51,658 nucleotides of DNA, taken from positions 1 to 51,658 of IMG/VR virus record IMGVR_UViG_3300017644_000127. The stretch is one strand, 5' to 3'. Shown one piece after another: positions 7,043 to 17,064 of the stretch (within the stretch, counting starts at the first letter, position 1; each line of letters starts with the position of its first letter). The position numbers and the translations under genes are program-made. The notes under the pieces were generated by a model, which had not been told where the DNA came from, did no database searches, and worked only from the letters and a program-made list of their open reading frames with translations. Source of the DNA: a virus (Duplodnaviria > Caudoviricetes).

Positions 7043-9427
7043 CTACTCGTCTCCCACAAAAGCCTCCCAATCGAATGTCCAGCCGGATGCTGGCGCGGTG
7101 TTGCAATTGACAGTGAATGTCGCAGCCCCCTTCGAGGAGACGAAATACCTGACCTGCGGGTCCTGTGTCGGAGTGATGATTACCCGGGTTGGGGCGGCCG
7201 CGAGTCCATGCGTGACAGGAACGCTTCCGCCTGTCGGCATCGTGCCCGAGCCGCTGGCCTTCGTCCTGTGACCGCGAATGTTCCGGACACGATTGTTCGC
7301 GCCGGAGCTTGAGTTGGCGACCTGCGCGGTGACGTTGTTGAGCGCCTTGCCGCCATTTATCTGAATACCGGCCGACGAACCCGCGATGTTGAAGCCGATG
7401 CCTTGCCGGTGAGAGGCCAGCGTATCGGATGCGTCGCAATTGCTGAGGATGGTATCCGTCGCACCGGTGGCGAAGAAAAAGCCGGAAGCTCCGGCTGTGA
7501 GCCTGCCGTTGTCTCGTCCCGAGCAGTTCGCCAGCTGACCGCCGGTGAGCCCGGACATGCCCCACCCGTGGTTTCCATTGTTTCGCGATGAACAGTTAGA
7601 CCCCATGAAATCCTTGTTGCCGGACACAAAGCTCCACCCAGTGCCGTCATTTGTCCCCGACCAGCAATTGGAAGCCTGCAGGCCTCCTGTGTTGTTCAGA
7701 TTGAACCCATCGGCGCCATTTCCGTCGCACTCCACCTGATCGAAGAAATGCCAGTTGGACGCTGCGTTGTTCACGGTCCGAACCTGGAGGCCGTGCGCAT
7801 CATTGAGCAGCGACAAGACATTGCGAAGATGGACAGCAGAACCGTCCGTTATACGGACGCCAGTCCCACCACAGGAAAGCGCGGAACTCTCGTAGAGATA
7901 AAGTCCCGTGCAGTTATTGACCTCAAAACCGACTTCGGTGCAGTCGTAGGCAACGCAACGGCTGAGATATACGTCCGAAGTTGCAACGAAGGTCCTGGTG
8001 TCGACATAGAACCCGCGGAACATGCTGGACACTGTGATGTCGTGAAACAGCAGGTTCCCAGCGTATTCCGACCGGACGCCAACTCCCCCGGTGGTGAACG
8101 TCGCGCCGACGCCGGACACCATGAAGTGTTCGAGACGAACTTCGGCGGAGACGCCATTTTGAAGGACAATAGCGTCTGTATTGTTGGCCGTCTGCCGGAT
8201 GATGGACCTGAGACCCACACCGACGACCCGTTGGCCTCGCCGTGAGATATTGAGCGTGCCGTTGATGCTATATGTGCCCGGGGGGATCAGAACCGCGTCC
8301 GAAACAGCAAGGCAGGCGTTAATCGTGGCGGTATTTGCGGCTGCAGATGCAGAAGGACTGGCCCCAAACCAGTTGATGCTCGCTGGCCCGGAAAACTGCC
8401 GCACCCATGCACCAGCGGTGGCGGCAATGGAATCTGCCTTGACGTATACGCCCTCTTGGGGGTCCGCCGAGATTCGCGCCAAATAGTCGCCCGTGCGCCA
8501 GATGAACTGCCCCTCCCTACCCGGTTCCTTCAGGTAGGCAGCGGTGAAGAAGCTTATGTCGAGAGCCTTGAGTTCTGTGCGATCTTCGACTGGAAATCCG
8601 TTGAATGCGTTACCCTCGACTGATCCAGGATCATACACGCTCTTAAGCATGTCACCGGTGCCGGGGCCGTTGGGGCCGGCAGGCCCGCGAATATCTGTGG
8701 CCTGTGCAATACCGCTCACGATGCCCGTTGCGCCGAGATAGCCAGTTAGATCGGGCTTGGCGCCGTGACCACCGGTCCAGTCGTAGAGCTCCACGACACG
8801 GCGCGCCCCGTCAGTGACTATGCGAAGCAGCGGCGACCACCCGCGCGGTCCCAGATCGACACGGAATGTCGAGCCGACCTTGTAGCCATTGATGAGCATC
8901 CCGTCGGCAAGTCCCTCGGCGGTAACAGGGGACCCGGCAGCGTCGGTAATCGTCAGGGGCGTCCCGCCATTGAAGGAGACGGTGGGCGCGTCTGCCGTAT
9001 TTGTCGCGACGATGTTCAGCGAGATCAACGCACCGCCATCGGCAATCGGAATCGGGACTGACGTCGTTGCCTGGATCGCGTTCGCGGTCCCTGTTCCTGT
9101 GTTGGTGGCCCGAATGAAGCTGTACGGGAGATCACCGACACGCACCCACGAACCACTGCCCGACGCGCCGACCTTGCGGTAGATTCCATTGTTCGCCTCG
9201 ACGGGATCACCGATGACCCATGCCATGCTATTGGCTGGATAATTCAGGCTGGCATCAGCTCCGGCCTTGGTGGTGAATACGATTCCCCCGCCGGCCTGAA
9301 ACGCGGCAAACAAGCGCTCGACTTCAGTCGCCCAGACCTGCGCATCATGGTTTTCCACCTTGCGCGGATTTCCGGCGCTGTCGACAGGTGAAAAGATGTC
9401 GTTGCCGAGCTTCGTGAACACGGTCAT
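7043..9427 (-). CDS. Tailspike / receptor-binding protein with right-handed beta-helix (pectate-lyase-3-like)
   Basis: SINWFGA...NTATINACL...VLIPPGTY entry motif followed by Asn/Gly-rich parallel beta-helix repeats. Confidence 0.85.
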   Translation of the reverse strand: MTVFTKLGNDIFSPVDSAGNPRKVENHDAQVWATEVERLFAAFQAGGGIVFTTKAGADASLNYPANSMAWVIGDPVEANNGIYRKVGASGSGSWVRVGDLPYSFIRATNTGTGTANAIQATTSVPIPIADGGALISLNIVATNTADAPTVSFNGGTPLTITDAAGSPVTAEGLADGMLINGYKVGSTFRVDLGPRGWSPLLRIVTDGARRVVELYDWTGGHGAKPDLTGYLGATGIVSGIAQATDIRGPAGPNGPGTGDMLKSVYDPGSVEGNAFNGFPVEDRTELKALDISFFTAAYLKEPGREGQFIWRTGDYLARISADPQEGVYVKADSIAATAGAWVRQFSGPASINWFGASPSASAAANTATINACLAVSDAVLIPPGTYSINGTLNISRRGQRVVGVGLRSIIRQTANNTDAIVLQNGVSAEVRLEHFMVSGVGATFTTGGVGVRSEYAGNLLFHDITVSSMFRGFYVDTRTFVATSDVYLSRCVAYDCTEVGFEVNNCTGLYLYESSALSCGGTGVRITDGSAVHLRNVLSLLNDAHGLQVRTVNNAASNWHFFDQVECDGNGADGFNLNNTGGLQASNCWSGTNDGTGWSFVSGNKDFMGSNCSSRNNGNHGWGMSGLTGGQLANCSGRDNGRLTAGASGFFFATGATDTILSNCDASDTLASHRQGIGFNIAGSSAGIQINGGKALNNVTAQVANSSSGANNRVRNIRGHRTKASGSGTMPTGGSVPVTHGLAAAPTRVIITPTQDPQVRYFVSSKGAATFTVNCNTAPASGWTFDWEAFVGDE

Positions 9428-9478
9428 TCGGTAATCTCCGACGAAGAAAGAGCTGATGCTGAAAGGATGAAGTTCAGA

Positions 9479-11659
9479 TCACGGCGGGTTGCCGGGCACG
9501 ACGTAGGAGCCGTGGGCGGGAGTGCCCGGCGTTCCGTTACTCGTGTAGACGGTGGCGGTCACATTGACCGTAAGGTCCGTTGACCCACTGTTGTTGGGGC
9601 CGGTGAAAATCAGCGTTGTCGGCACGCCAGGCCGCAGCGTCAGCGTCTGGCTGCCTGTCCCGCCCGGGCCCGGGGTCACCACGACATGTGTCCCGCGCAG
9701 CTCACCGAACGACAGGGTGAACCGGGCTCTCTCGTCACCTTGAGGAGGCTGTGGCGTCAGGGTCGGTGCAGCGCACGGTGTGTTGTCAATCTGCATCGGG
9801 TTGATCGTCAGCAGGTTCGAGAAATAGCTGCCTTCCTCGTCGGTATTGAAAAAACGTGAGCGGAAGTCGACACGGCCTCCGGCGGTGTTTGCTGCCGCCC
9901 AGCCATACCAGATCGACGACCCGCCATACTCCGTCATGGACTGGAAGGGGTTTGGCTCACCTCCCGAGTAGATCCGGAAGTTTGCTTCCGCGATCGTGCC
10001 GCCGGGAACGCCGGGGAACTTCACCCGCGTCTCATAGGTGCCGTTCTGGTATTGGATCACTGCCGCTTCGGTCGGAGCGCCTGGCGTCGCGAGCTCGGAC
10101 TCGTATTGGATATCCGGTGCCGGCGGCGGCGGAGGTGCTTCCATCGTGGCCGGGTTCCAGGGCTGTTCGATGAGTGCCGGCGGCCAAACGATATAGGGGA
10201 TTTCCACCTGCCCCTGCTCATCATCGATGCGCGGTGCCGCAAGGCGGCACAGCATGTTCTCTTCGGCGTCGGCGTCTTCGATTTGGGAATAGGTGACGCC
10301 CCAAGCAGCGAGACCAGCCATGTTGGTGCGGATGGAACCAGCATCGGCCCTCGCCTGCAGGAACAGCCTCCTGGCAATGCGCTGGGCCTGTGACGGAGAC
10401 GGACAGAACGGCAGCTCGACGTCGAAATACTTCTCGCCATATCGTGCGATCTCGTCTTCGATCCGCGCCCAGCCGATGCCGGACATGTTGATCTCGCCCA
10501 TGTCGTAGCCACGCTCGGGCGAGTAGTATTTCACGCGGCAGATGTTCGGCCGCTCGACGGCCTCCGGACCGGATTTCCAGTTCAGCTCCGCGATGTGCTT
10601 GGCCGTGAACGCGATCTCCGACGACGGCGCGTCATCGATTAGGCGGATCCTGATCAACCCGAGTTCACTCATGACGACTTCGGCGCCGATACTATCGAGC
10701 ACCTGCTGCATGACGTCGCCGCGGCGGCTCTCGGACGGCCACAGGCCCCAGCAGCGGGCGCGCGGTTCTGTGCCGGAGATGGTGGCAACTATCGCATCGG
10801 CACGGTTTGCTTCGGTCGCCAGGAATGGCCAATCGAAATCCGCCGACTTCAGATCCGGGTAACTGCGCATGACGTGCACGGCCGCCAGTATCCCGTTGTC
10901 AGACCATGCCCATGTCGCCGGGTTGTCCGGATCCTGTCCCGACTGACGCGGGTCGTAGATCGGCGAGATGCGCCCGATCACCTCACAGTCAGGGGCGCCG
11001 CCCTGGTAGAGCTTCTGAAACTTCTTGTTCCCCCATTCCGTCGAAAAGTCGGGAATCGTGAAGCGGATCAGGGATTGGAAGATGCCCCGGCATCGATGCG
11101 CGGCCGTCCACAAACTCGGGAAGTCCGTCATCAGCTGCGGCCACGCCGTTTCTGCCCCATTGCCGGGCTTACTCTGGATGGTTGCCCAGGACCCGTTCGG
11201 ATCGGCCCACGGCGGCGACGATACCTGGCCGTTAGATTCCACCGTCACCTCGCGGCCGCCAAGGAAGTACTGCTCGGCAGCCACCATCGGGCCTTTGACG
11301 TGCCAGATGAGGCGGGAAATGACATTTGCCTTGGTGTTCCCGAACGCCTTCAGGCCGCCGAGCTTCACACGACCGATCGCGTTGTACTCAGAGGTTTCAG
11401 CCTCTTGGAACGTGTTCTTCCACTCGCCGGGATCGAGCTTCTGCTGCCCTCGATTCGACAATGCCAGCTGTGCGCCGAGCACGGCGGCATAGGCCGCGAT
11501 CTGGATACCGGTATAGATGCCCGCGAAGGAGGCTATTGCGCCGAGCGGGCCCGCAAAGAGCGCGAAGGCAATCGGCGTAATGACGAAATCTGCCTGCGCA
11601 TGCGCCGTCATGGCCAGAAGCGAGACGCAGCCGGCTAGCGCCACCTTGATCCATTTCAT
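9479..11659 (-). CDS. Tail tip / host-specificity hub protein
   Basis: YDPRQ..QD.D.P.TWAWSDN and QAQRIAR motifs of tail tip proteins; position. Confidence 0.75.
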   Translation of the reverse strand: MKWIKVALAGCVSLLAMTAHAQADFVITPIAFALFAGPLGAIASFAGIYTGIQIAAYAAVLGAQLALSNRGQQKLDPGEWKNTFQEAETSEYNAIGRVKLGGLKAFGNTKANVISRLIWHVKGPMVAAEQYFLGGREVTVESNGQVSSPPWADPNGSWATIQSKPGNGAETAWPQLMTDFPSLWTAAHRCRGIFQSLIRFTIPDFSTEWGNKKFQKLYQGGAPDCEVIGRISPIYDPRQSGQDPDNPATWAWSDNGILAAVHVMRSYPDLKSADFDWPFLATEANRADAIVATISGTEPRARCWGLWPSESRRGDVMQQVLDSIGAEVVMSELGLIRIRLIDDAPSSEIAFTAKHIAELNWKSGPEAVERPNICRVKYYSPERGYDMGEINMSGIGWARIEDEIARYGEKYFDVELPFCPSPSQAQRIARRLFLQARADAGSIRTNMAGLAAWGVTYSQIEDADAEENMLCRLAAPRIDDEQGQVEIPYIVWPPALIEQPWNPATMEAPPPPPAPDIQYESELATPGAPTEAAVIQYQNGTYETRVKFPGVPGGTIAEANFRIYSGGEPNPFQSMTEYGGSSIWYGWAAANTAGGRVDFRSRFFNTDEEGSYFSNLLTINPMQIDNTPCAAPTLTPQPPQGDERARFTLSFGELRGTHVVVTPGPGGTGSQTLTLRPGVPTTLIFTGPNNSGSTDLTVNVTATVYTSNGTPGTPAHGSYVVPGNPP

Positions 11660-11660
11660 G

Positions 11661-12053
11661 TCAGGATACTGCCCAGACCTTCAGATAGCCCCGTGGGGCG
11701 AGCCAGAAGAAGCCGCCGTCTTTCCGCCAGCAGCACAGGCCGCCGGCACCGCAGATCACACCGACCGGCCCCAACCGTCGGGTGTCGATCACGGCGATGT
11801 CGCCGAGCTCCGGCGCGCCTCCCAGGCGTTCCGCAATGCCCGTGCCGAGAAGGCAATCGTCCCACAGCTCCACGAGCCCACCGGCCGCCGCGATGAGCGT
11901 GCGCGCCTCTTCCCGGCTCGAATAGGTTGGGATGCGTGCACCAATGCCGTTCTCGCGAAGCCAGGCGTGCGGACATGCCGAGCAATCGTCGACACCCCAC
12001 TCGACCAGCTTGCCATCGTGCCGGCGCAGGAATTGCTCGAGCTTTTCCCTCAT
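11661..12053 (-). CDS. Tail-associated NlpC/P60-like (DUF6950-like) protein
   Basis: WGVDDC, PELGDIAV; ATG 12053. Confidence 0.7.
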   Translation of the reverse strand: MREKLEQFLRRHDGKLVEWGVDDCSACPHAWLRENGIGARIPTYSSREEARTLIAAAGGLVELWDDCLLGTGIAERLGGAPELGDIAVIDTRRLGPVGVICGAGGLCCWRKDGGFFWLAPRGYLKVWAVS

Positions 12054-12628
12054 GACGGGTTGAATATCTCCTGCACCTTCACGCCGATGAACTGCCCGCC
12101 CAAATCGCCAGGATAGCGGCGCTCCTGATCGGCCGCGTTCCATCGGCCGCCGAAGGGGTAGTTCTGCGACTGCCACAAGCTTTCGATTACGAAGCCGGCG
12201 TTGCGAATGCCGATCCCTGCCCGCTGGAGCGAAGGCGCGCTGATCTTGCCCGGGAAGAGCTTCTTCAGCGCAATGCTGATCTCGCCGGTCTCTGGATCAA
12301 ATTCCGCCCAATACAGGTCACAGCGGCGCCCCTCCATCTGCCGAGCGGTCGACTTGACCTCCCGCCAGAACGCGACGCTGATGCCACCCAACGTGATGAG
12401 GACAGACGGCGCCTGCCCGAACCGCGGTTCCTCGACAGTATCGACGCGAACGAGCTGCCCGCCGGTCGGATCGGTGACGCCGAGCCACTCATGCCCGCCA
12501 ATCGTGACGCGCCCTACCCCGTTGTGCAGCCGTTTGATGCCGGACGGGAGGTCGATCTCGGCAAACCACGCCCGGCTGACATGCGGCCCGGAAAGGCGGT
12601 CGAAATCGGCTTCGGAAAAGGTCGGCAT
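12050..12628 (-). CDS. Minor tail / baseplate hub protein
   Basis: DQERRYPGD C-terminal motif; position after the distal tail gene. Confidence 0.65.
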   Translation of the reverse strand: MPTFSEADFDRLSGPHVSRAWFAEIDLPSGIKRLHNGVGRVTIGGHEWLGVTDPTGGQLVRVDTVEEPRFGQAPSVLITLGGISVAFWREVKSTARQMEGRRCDLYWAEFDPETGEISIALKKLFPGKISAPSLQRAGIGIRNAGFVIESLWQSQNYPFGGRWNAADQERRYPGDLGGQFIGVKVQEIFNPS

Positions 12629-12634
12629 GATCGG

Positions 12635-12826
12635 CTACGCGCCCGACGATTTGCTTGGGTGGTATTCCCCCCAAATGAGGACGCGCTCCTCCGCTTCCTC
12701 CCAATCGTGCCGCTGGTGGCCAACGCCCTCGATATTGAGATGCCATTCGGTGTCCGCATCAAGAATCACAACGTCACGATCTTGCGGGAATGCCTTTAGC
12801 CGCTCGATAAGCTCAGCAACTTTCAC
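12635..12826 (-). CDS. Small hypothetical protein
   Basis: MKVAELIERLKAFPQDRDVVI; GGAGG RBS. Confidence 0.6.
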   Translation of the reverse strand: MKVAELIERLKAFPQDRDVVILDADTEWHLNIEGVGHQRHDWEEAEERVLIWGEYHPSKSSGA

Positions 12827-12835
12827 AGCAACCTC

Positions 12836-13558
12836 CTACTCGGTGAAATAGTCGCGCACGTCGTAGTCAAAGGTCTCGACCAGCACGACGCTCGCACCTT
12901 CGCTACGCGCGAAACCCCGAGCCGCTTTGGCCGCATCCTCGTTTTCGAGCCGCATGGCCAAGGTCGGCTTGAGAGTGGCGAAATCGGTGTCTGCGACCGC
13001 GTTCCTCAGCGGAGGCCATATGCGGTATTGGCCGGGGTCGAACACCTCGGTCACCATGTAGAGACCAAGGTGGAAGGGATAGAAGCCGATGAGGTCGCCG
13101 TATCCCAGATTGTGGCCCCAGAACACGTTCCCCAACTCGACTATGGTGTCACCGAGCGCTGCAGGCGCAACAACCGGTACGATCGGCGGAGTCGAGCCCC
13201 AATTTTGGCCGTTCGACCAAGGCTGACCATTCGACCAGGGTTGGCCGCGCCGCCATTCGTGACTGGTCGCGGTGACCCCCATTTGCGGGATCGACAGGCC
13301 GTCCCAATCGCAAAAGGGAACGCGCGTGGCATTCGCGCCGCCATGGAGGGCAGCAACCCAGCCACGATAGCGCCGGAACAACTGGCCATGCATCGGCGGG
13401 AACTGAAACCGCCAGCGCCAGGCGCCGAACGGCGAGCTGAAGGTCTGGGTAAAGTCGCCAATGCTGGTCGTTGCACCGGACCCTACGGTCCTGGGGCCGG
13501 AAAGCGGCTCGCGAGCATCGGCCCGAAGGCCCGATGGCCAATGAAGCAACCTTGCCAT
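12836..13558 (-). CDS. Distal tail protein-like
   Basis: Directly downstream of the tape measure gene; IWPPLR motif. Confidence 0.65.
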   Translation of the reverse strand: MARLLHWPSGLRADAREPLSGPRTVGSGATTSIGDFTQTFSSPFGAWRWRFQFPPMHGQLFRRYRGWVAALHGGANATRVPFCDWDGLSIPQMGVTATSHEWRRGQPWSNGQPWSNGQNWGSTPPIVPVVAPAALGDTIVELGNVFWGHNLGYGDLIGFYPFHLGLYMVTEVFDPGQYRIWPPLRNAVADTDFATLKPTLAMRLENEDAAKAARGFARSEGASVVLVETFDYDVRDYFTE

Positions 13559-15666
13559 TACGCCCTCGTCCTGCGCGTCTGTCGCGTGTCGTTTCGTTGA
13601 TCGACCATCTTCGGGACGCTGCGGGCCAATCCTGCGGTGGACTTGTTCGCCTCCGACTGAGCGACGGACTGGACGAACGGCAACAGGTTGCCATTGCCGT
13701 CTGTCGACACCCCGACCGTGACGTGCACGTTCTGAGAACCCGATGAACGTTCGGGCACGCGCAGGTCCACCGGGATCCTTCTCCCGTCCGGCAGCGGGAC
13801 GGCGGCCTCGGGTCCAGCCTCGCCAAAGATCGAGGCTGAGCGTGCAATGCCGCCACGCGCGAACGTCTTCATCGGCTGAGGGCGCCCAAATGCCGCCACG
13901 CCGCCGCCGGCAAAGCCAATGAGGGACAGAAGTCCTCCGCCTCCGCCGAATAGGCCGGCCAGCGGCCCTTTCCCTAAGAGCGCGGCCTGCGCGACTGCCT
14001 CAATAAGCGTATTGAGCAGATTATCTAGGGCCTTGTTCCCGGTCTCAATGGCGGGGACCATCTCCATGAAGGCGTCGGCCAGCGACTCTTTGACGAAATC
14101 GGAGGCCTGGACGATCTGGTCTTGGCGCTCGGATAGCTTGTTCGCCTCTGCTTCCGCCCTTGCATAGCCGTCGGCGAGTGCGTCGATATTCGCCCTGAGT
14201 TCCGGCGTGATCGACAAACCAGCACGTTCGGCGGCGGAGAGCAGTTCCTGAGCCGCCCTCGCTCGCTCAACGGCATAGCCGTAATCCTTCACGAGCGGGT
14301 TGATACGCGAAAGCGCTTCCGATTCCGCCTGAAGCGCGGCGGTGCGCTCCTTAACCTGGCGGCTTTCACGCTCGAAGGCGTCTTCGCGCTCTCGCCGGCC
14401 CTTTCGTCCTCCGGAGCCGGAGCCTACAGGAGCGTCAAAGTCGGAAAGGCTGACCGGCCCGCGGCGCGGAGCCGTCTCTGGTAGCCGATCGGTCTTTATG
14501 GGAGCATTTGAGCCGAGGCCGTTCCGAGCAGCCCACTGCTTAAGAGCGTCTTCTGTGACCGCGCCGGCTGTCTCGACTGTCTGCGAAAAGGCCTCATCGA
14601 TGCGGGACTGAAGCGCTCTTGTCGATGAGATCGTGAGCGGCCCAAACTGGCGCTGGACCGCACCGCCTGTGAGGAATTCTCCTACCCTATCGAGTCCGGT
14701 TTCTGCGCTGAAGTTCGCTGCGAAGTTCTGGGCGAAACGGACCGCTTCGCGCAGATCGCTCAGCCATCCGACGACCTTACGTACTTCTTCGCCGAAAGCT
14801 TCGAAGTTTGTCCCATTGATTACGTTGGCGAGCATCTGGAATGCCTCGCCGATGCCCTCGGCCGCTAGCGCGCCCCGAGCAAAGTCACGCATAGCATCGA
14901 TCGCGGCTGTGCGAACGTTCTCCAACGCCTGGCTCGTGGTGAGAGTCGCGCCACCGAGCTTTTCTTCGAGCACATAGCTTCCGGCTTCGATCGCCCTGAA
15001 GAAGGCCTCCGATGATACCTCGCCCGCCTTCACGAGCTGGGTCAGCTTGCCGACGTCCCCGCCTGCCTCGCGAAGGCCAGCAGCGGCTGCCTGTAGAAGC
15101 GGGTACAGGCCGTCGATCATGGAGTTGTATTCTTCGGCCTGGACTTTCCCACCAGACAGCGCCTGCCCCAACTGAAGCAGCGCACCTGAAGCTTGACTGG
15201 CATCCTGGCCCGACACCCGAAGAGCCATTGCGACCGTGTTGCTCAGCCGCACCAACTCATCTGAGGACGCGTTCAGCTGCATCTGAGCCTGGGAGGCCCG
15301 GCTGTAGAGCTGAACCAGCGCCTCTAGGGGTGCTGCGTTTCTCTGAGCGCTGTCCCGAAGCTGGCTGTAGACCTTTTCCAGTTCAGCGCCAGACAGTCCT
15401 GCCACCTTCAACGCATTGTCGATCTTCGTCGCACTGTCGAGAAGAGACTGCATGCCGCGGATACCGCCGACGACCGCAAAGGCCGTCACCAGGCTCGTCG
15501 ACATGGCTGTGGCCGACCGCTGCACGAGGCTTTCCGTCCGCTTCACTGAACGGACAATGCCGTTCATTGACCTGTCGAACGTCCGCTCCGCATTGACCAC
15601 GTTGGCGTTGTACTGGTCGAGCTTGGCCAGCAGCTCGACTATGACTTTGTCGGCGACAACGTTCAT
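13558..15666 (-). CDS. Tape measure protein
   Basis: Ala/Gly-rich helical; LLQLGQALSGGKVQAEEYNS tape-measure motif; GEAGPEAAVPL C-terminus. Confidence 0.9.
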   Translation of the reverse strand: MNVVADKVIVELLAKLDQYNANVVNAERTFDRSMNGIVRSVKRTESLVQRSATAMSTSLVTAFAVVGGIRGMQSLLDSATKIDNALKVAGLSGAELEKVYSQLRDSAQRNAAPLEALVQLYSRASQAQMQLNASSDELVRLSNTVAMALRVSGQDASQASGALLQLGQALSGGKVQAEEYNSMIDGLYPLLQAAAAGLREAGGDVGKLTQLVKAGEVSSEAFFRAIEAGSYVLEEKLGGATLTTSQALENVRTAAIDAMRDFARGALAAEGIGEAFQMLANVINGTNFEAFGEEVRKVVGWLSDLREAVRFAQNFAANFSAETGLDRVGEFLTGGAVQRQFGPLTISSTRALQSRIDEAFSQTVETAGAVTEDALKQWAARNGLGSNAPIKTDRLPETAPRRGPVSLSDFDAPVGSGSGGRKGRREREDAFERESRQVKERTAALQAESEALSRINPLVKDYGYAVERARAAQELLSAAERAGLSITPELRANIDALADGYARAEAEANKLSERQDQIVQASDFVKESLADAFMEMVPAIETGNKALDNLLNTLIEAVAQAALLGKGPLAGLFGGGGGLLSLIGFAGGGVAAFGRPQPMKTFARGGIARSASIFGEAGPEAAVPLPDGRRIPVDLRVPERSSGSQNVHVTVGVSTDGNGNLLPFVQSVAQSEANKSTAGLARSVPKMVDQRNDTRQTRRTRA

Positions 15667-15684
15667 GGTTTCCCTCGATCGAGC

Positions 15685-15936
15685 TCAATGCAGACGCACG
15701 TTCGGATCGTTTAGTGTCACCGAGGCAAGAAGCTCTTCCGCTTGAGCCCATTCCTCATCTGACACTTGCGGCTTGTGCTTCTCGTCCATTTTCTCGAGCT
15801 CGACGTTCATCGAGACGACCTCGTAGAGGCTCATCTCCCCGAGTTCGCGCGGCGGGATTCCGGACCGGAAGAACGAGGCCCTGTATTTCCCGAAGTTTAT
15901 CCGGCTGCCGGGCTCTCCCCGGCTGGAGCTTCCCCC
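15685..15936 (-). CDS. Tail assembly chaperone C-terminal extension (gpT) reached by -1 frameshift
   Basis: The -1 frame is open from slippery GGGGGAA (15930-15936) to TGA at 15685: ...INFGKYRASFFRSGIPPRELGEMSLYEV... Confidence 0.75.
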   Translation of the reverse strand, partial: GGSSSRGEPGSRINFGKYRASFFRSGIPPRELGEMSLYEVVSMNVELEKMDEKHKPQVSDEEWAQAEELLASVTLNDPNVRLH

Positions 15937-16283
15937 GGCTTGATGTCCTCCATCCCAAACCAGGCGGCCTCCATTATCTTGGCCGCGGTGACGAGAGGTG
16001 AATGGGGATCATTCGGCGCGGCCAACGGGCGACCGTCGAAATAGCGGTCCATCATGGCCTTGGCTTGCGTCGGGGGCATCCCGCCACCTTCAAGCCCGAG
16101 CAGGATGACCTGATACAGGTCAACCAGCTTCGGACGAAGCGAGAGAACACGCGTTGCGATCTCGGCAATGCCGGCATCACACGCCTTCTCCAGGTGCTCC
16201 AACTGCTTGAACTTGAGCGCAAACAGTTGCTCACCGTCACCAAAGGGGAGCACCACCTCTGCAGAAAGGTTCGGCTGGCCCAC
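15897..16283 (-). CDS. Tail assembly chaperone (gpG, GTA-gp10-like)
   Basis: FGDGE..FAL..LEKACDAG...LGLEGGGM; lies between tail tube and tape measure genes. Confidence 0.8.
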   Translation of the reverse strand: MGQPNLSAEVVLPFGDGEQLFALKFKQLEHLEKACDAGIAEIATRVLSLRPKLVDLYQVILLGLEGGGMPPTQAKAMMDRYFDGRPLAAPNDPHSPLVTAAKIMEAAWFGMEDIKPGEAPAGESPAAG

Positions 16284-16291
16284 GCCTCACC

Positions 16292-17011
16292 TCAAGCCGC
16301 CACGACGGCCAGGGACTTGGCCGACTGGCTATTGATGCTGCCCGACACGTTGGTAGCGGTCTCGACGACGTGGAGCTGCTTGCCCTCATCGCCTGCGACC
16401 GGGGTATAGCTGACCGTGGTCGCTCCCGAGATAGCGACCCCGTTGGCGAACCACTGGTATGTGAGCTGCGGCGTGCCGGTATAGGTGCCGGGAGTGGCGG
16501 CGAAGGGAGTGCCGACCACCGGGGCCGTCGCCGGGATGGAGACCGGAGTGGTGACGCCAGGAGCCGGCGGGATCGACACCCAATCGGGCTCGCCGTCGAA
16601 GATGATCGTGCCGGAATTGGTGTAGCGGCCGCGATCAGTCGATTCCTCGGTGTATTCCGTCAGCATGGCCGGGGCTTCCCAATAGCCTTGGTTCGGCGCG
16701 CCGATGTTGCGGTACCAGCGGACGAGGCGGAGATCCTTGCCCATCGACCATGCGTCCCAGATTGGGAGGGCATTGTCTGCCAGCGTGCCGGTGAAGGTTA
16801 GCGTCATGCGCTTGGACACGGCGTCGATGCCGAGCCAGATGACAGCTTCGGGATCGTCACACGGGGGCAGCGCCACGTCGTTCGTGTTCGTCGTGACGTT
16901 TCGCGTCAGGCCGGTGATGCCGCATGGCGCCGAGAAGATGCCCGAGCCGACGGGCTCCTCGACAAGAAGCTGCTGCTGCCCGAACCGGACAGAATAGGTT
17001 TCGCGTGCCAT
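16292..17011 (-). CDS. Major tail tube protein with C-terminal Ig-like domain
   Basis: APCGI...PPCDDP tube motif; YQWFANG..ISGAT..SYTPV..DEGK Ig-like domain. Confidence 0.85.
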   Translation of the reverse strand: MARETYSVRFGQQQLLVEEPVGSGIFSAPCGITGLTRNVTTNTNDVALPPCDDPEAVIWLGIDAVSKRMTLTFTGTLADNALPIWDAWSMGKDLRLVRWYRNIGAPNQGYWEAPAMLTEYTEESTDRGRYTNSGTIIFDGEPDWVSIPPAPGVTTPVSIPATAPVVGTPFAATPGTYTGTPQLTYQWFANGVAISGATTVSYTPVAGDEGKQLHVVETATNVSGSINSQSAKSLAVVAA

Positions 17012-17064
17012 TTCTGGCTCCTTCGATGATCAGGTTGATGACAGGAGGCTTGCCGAAGGCCGGT

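Noticed and set aside
13190-13260. Tandem GQPWSN repeat in the distal tail gene
   Set aside because: Ordinary short coding repeat; no reverse transcriptase in the window, so not a DGR template/variable repeat.
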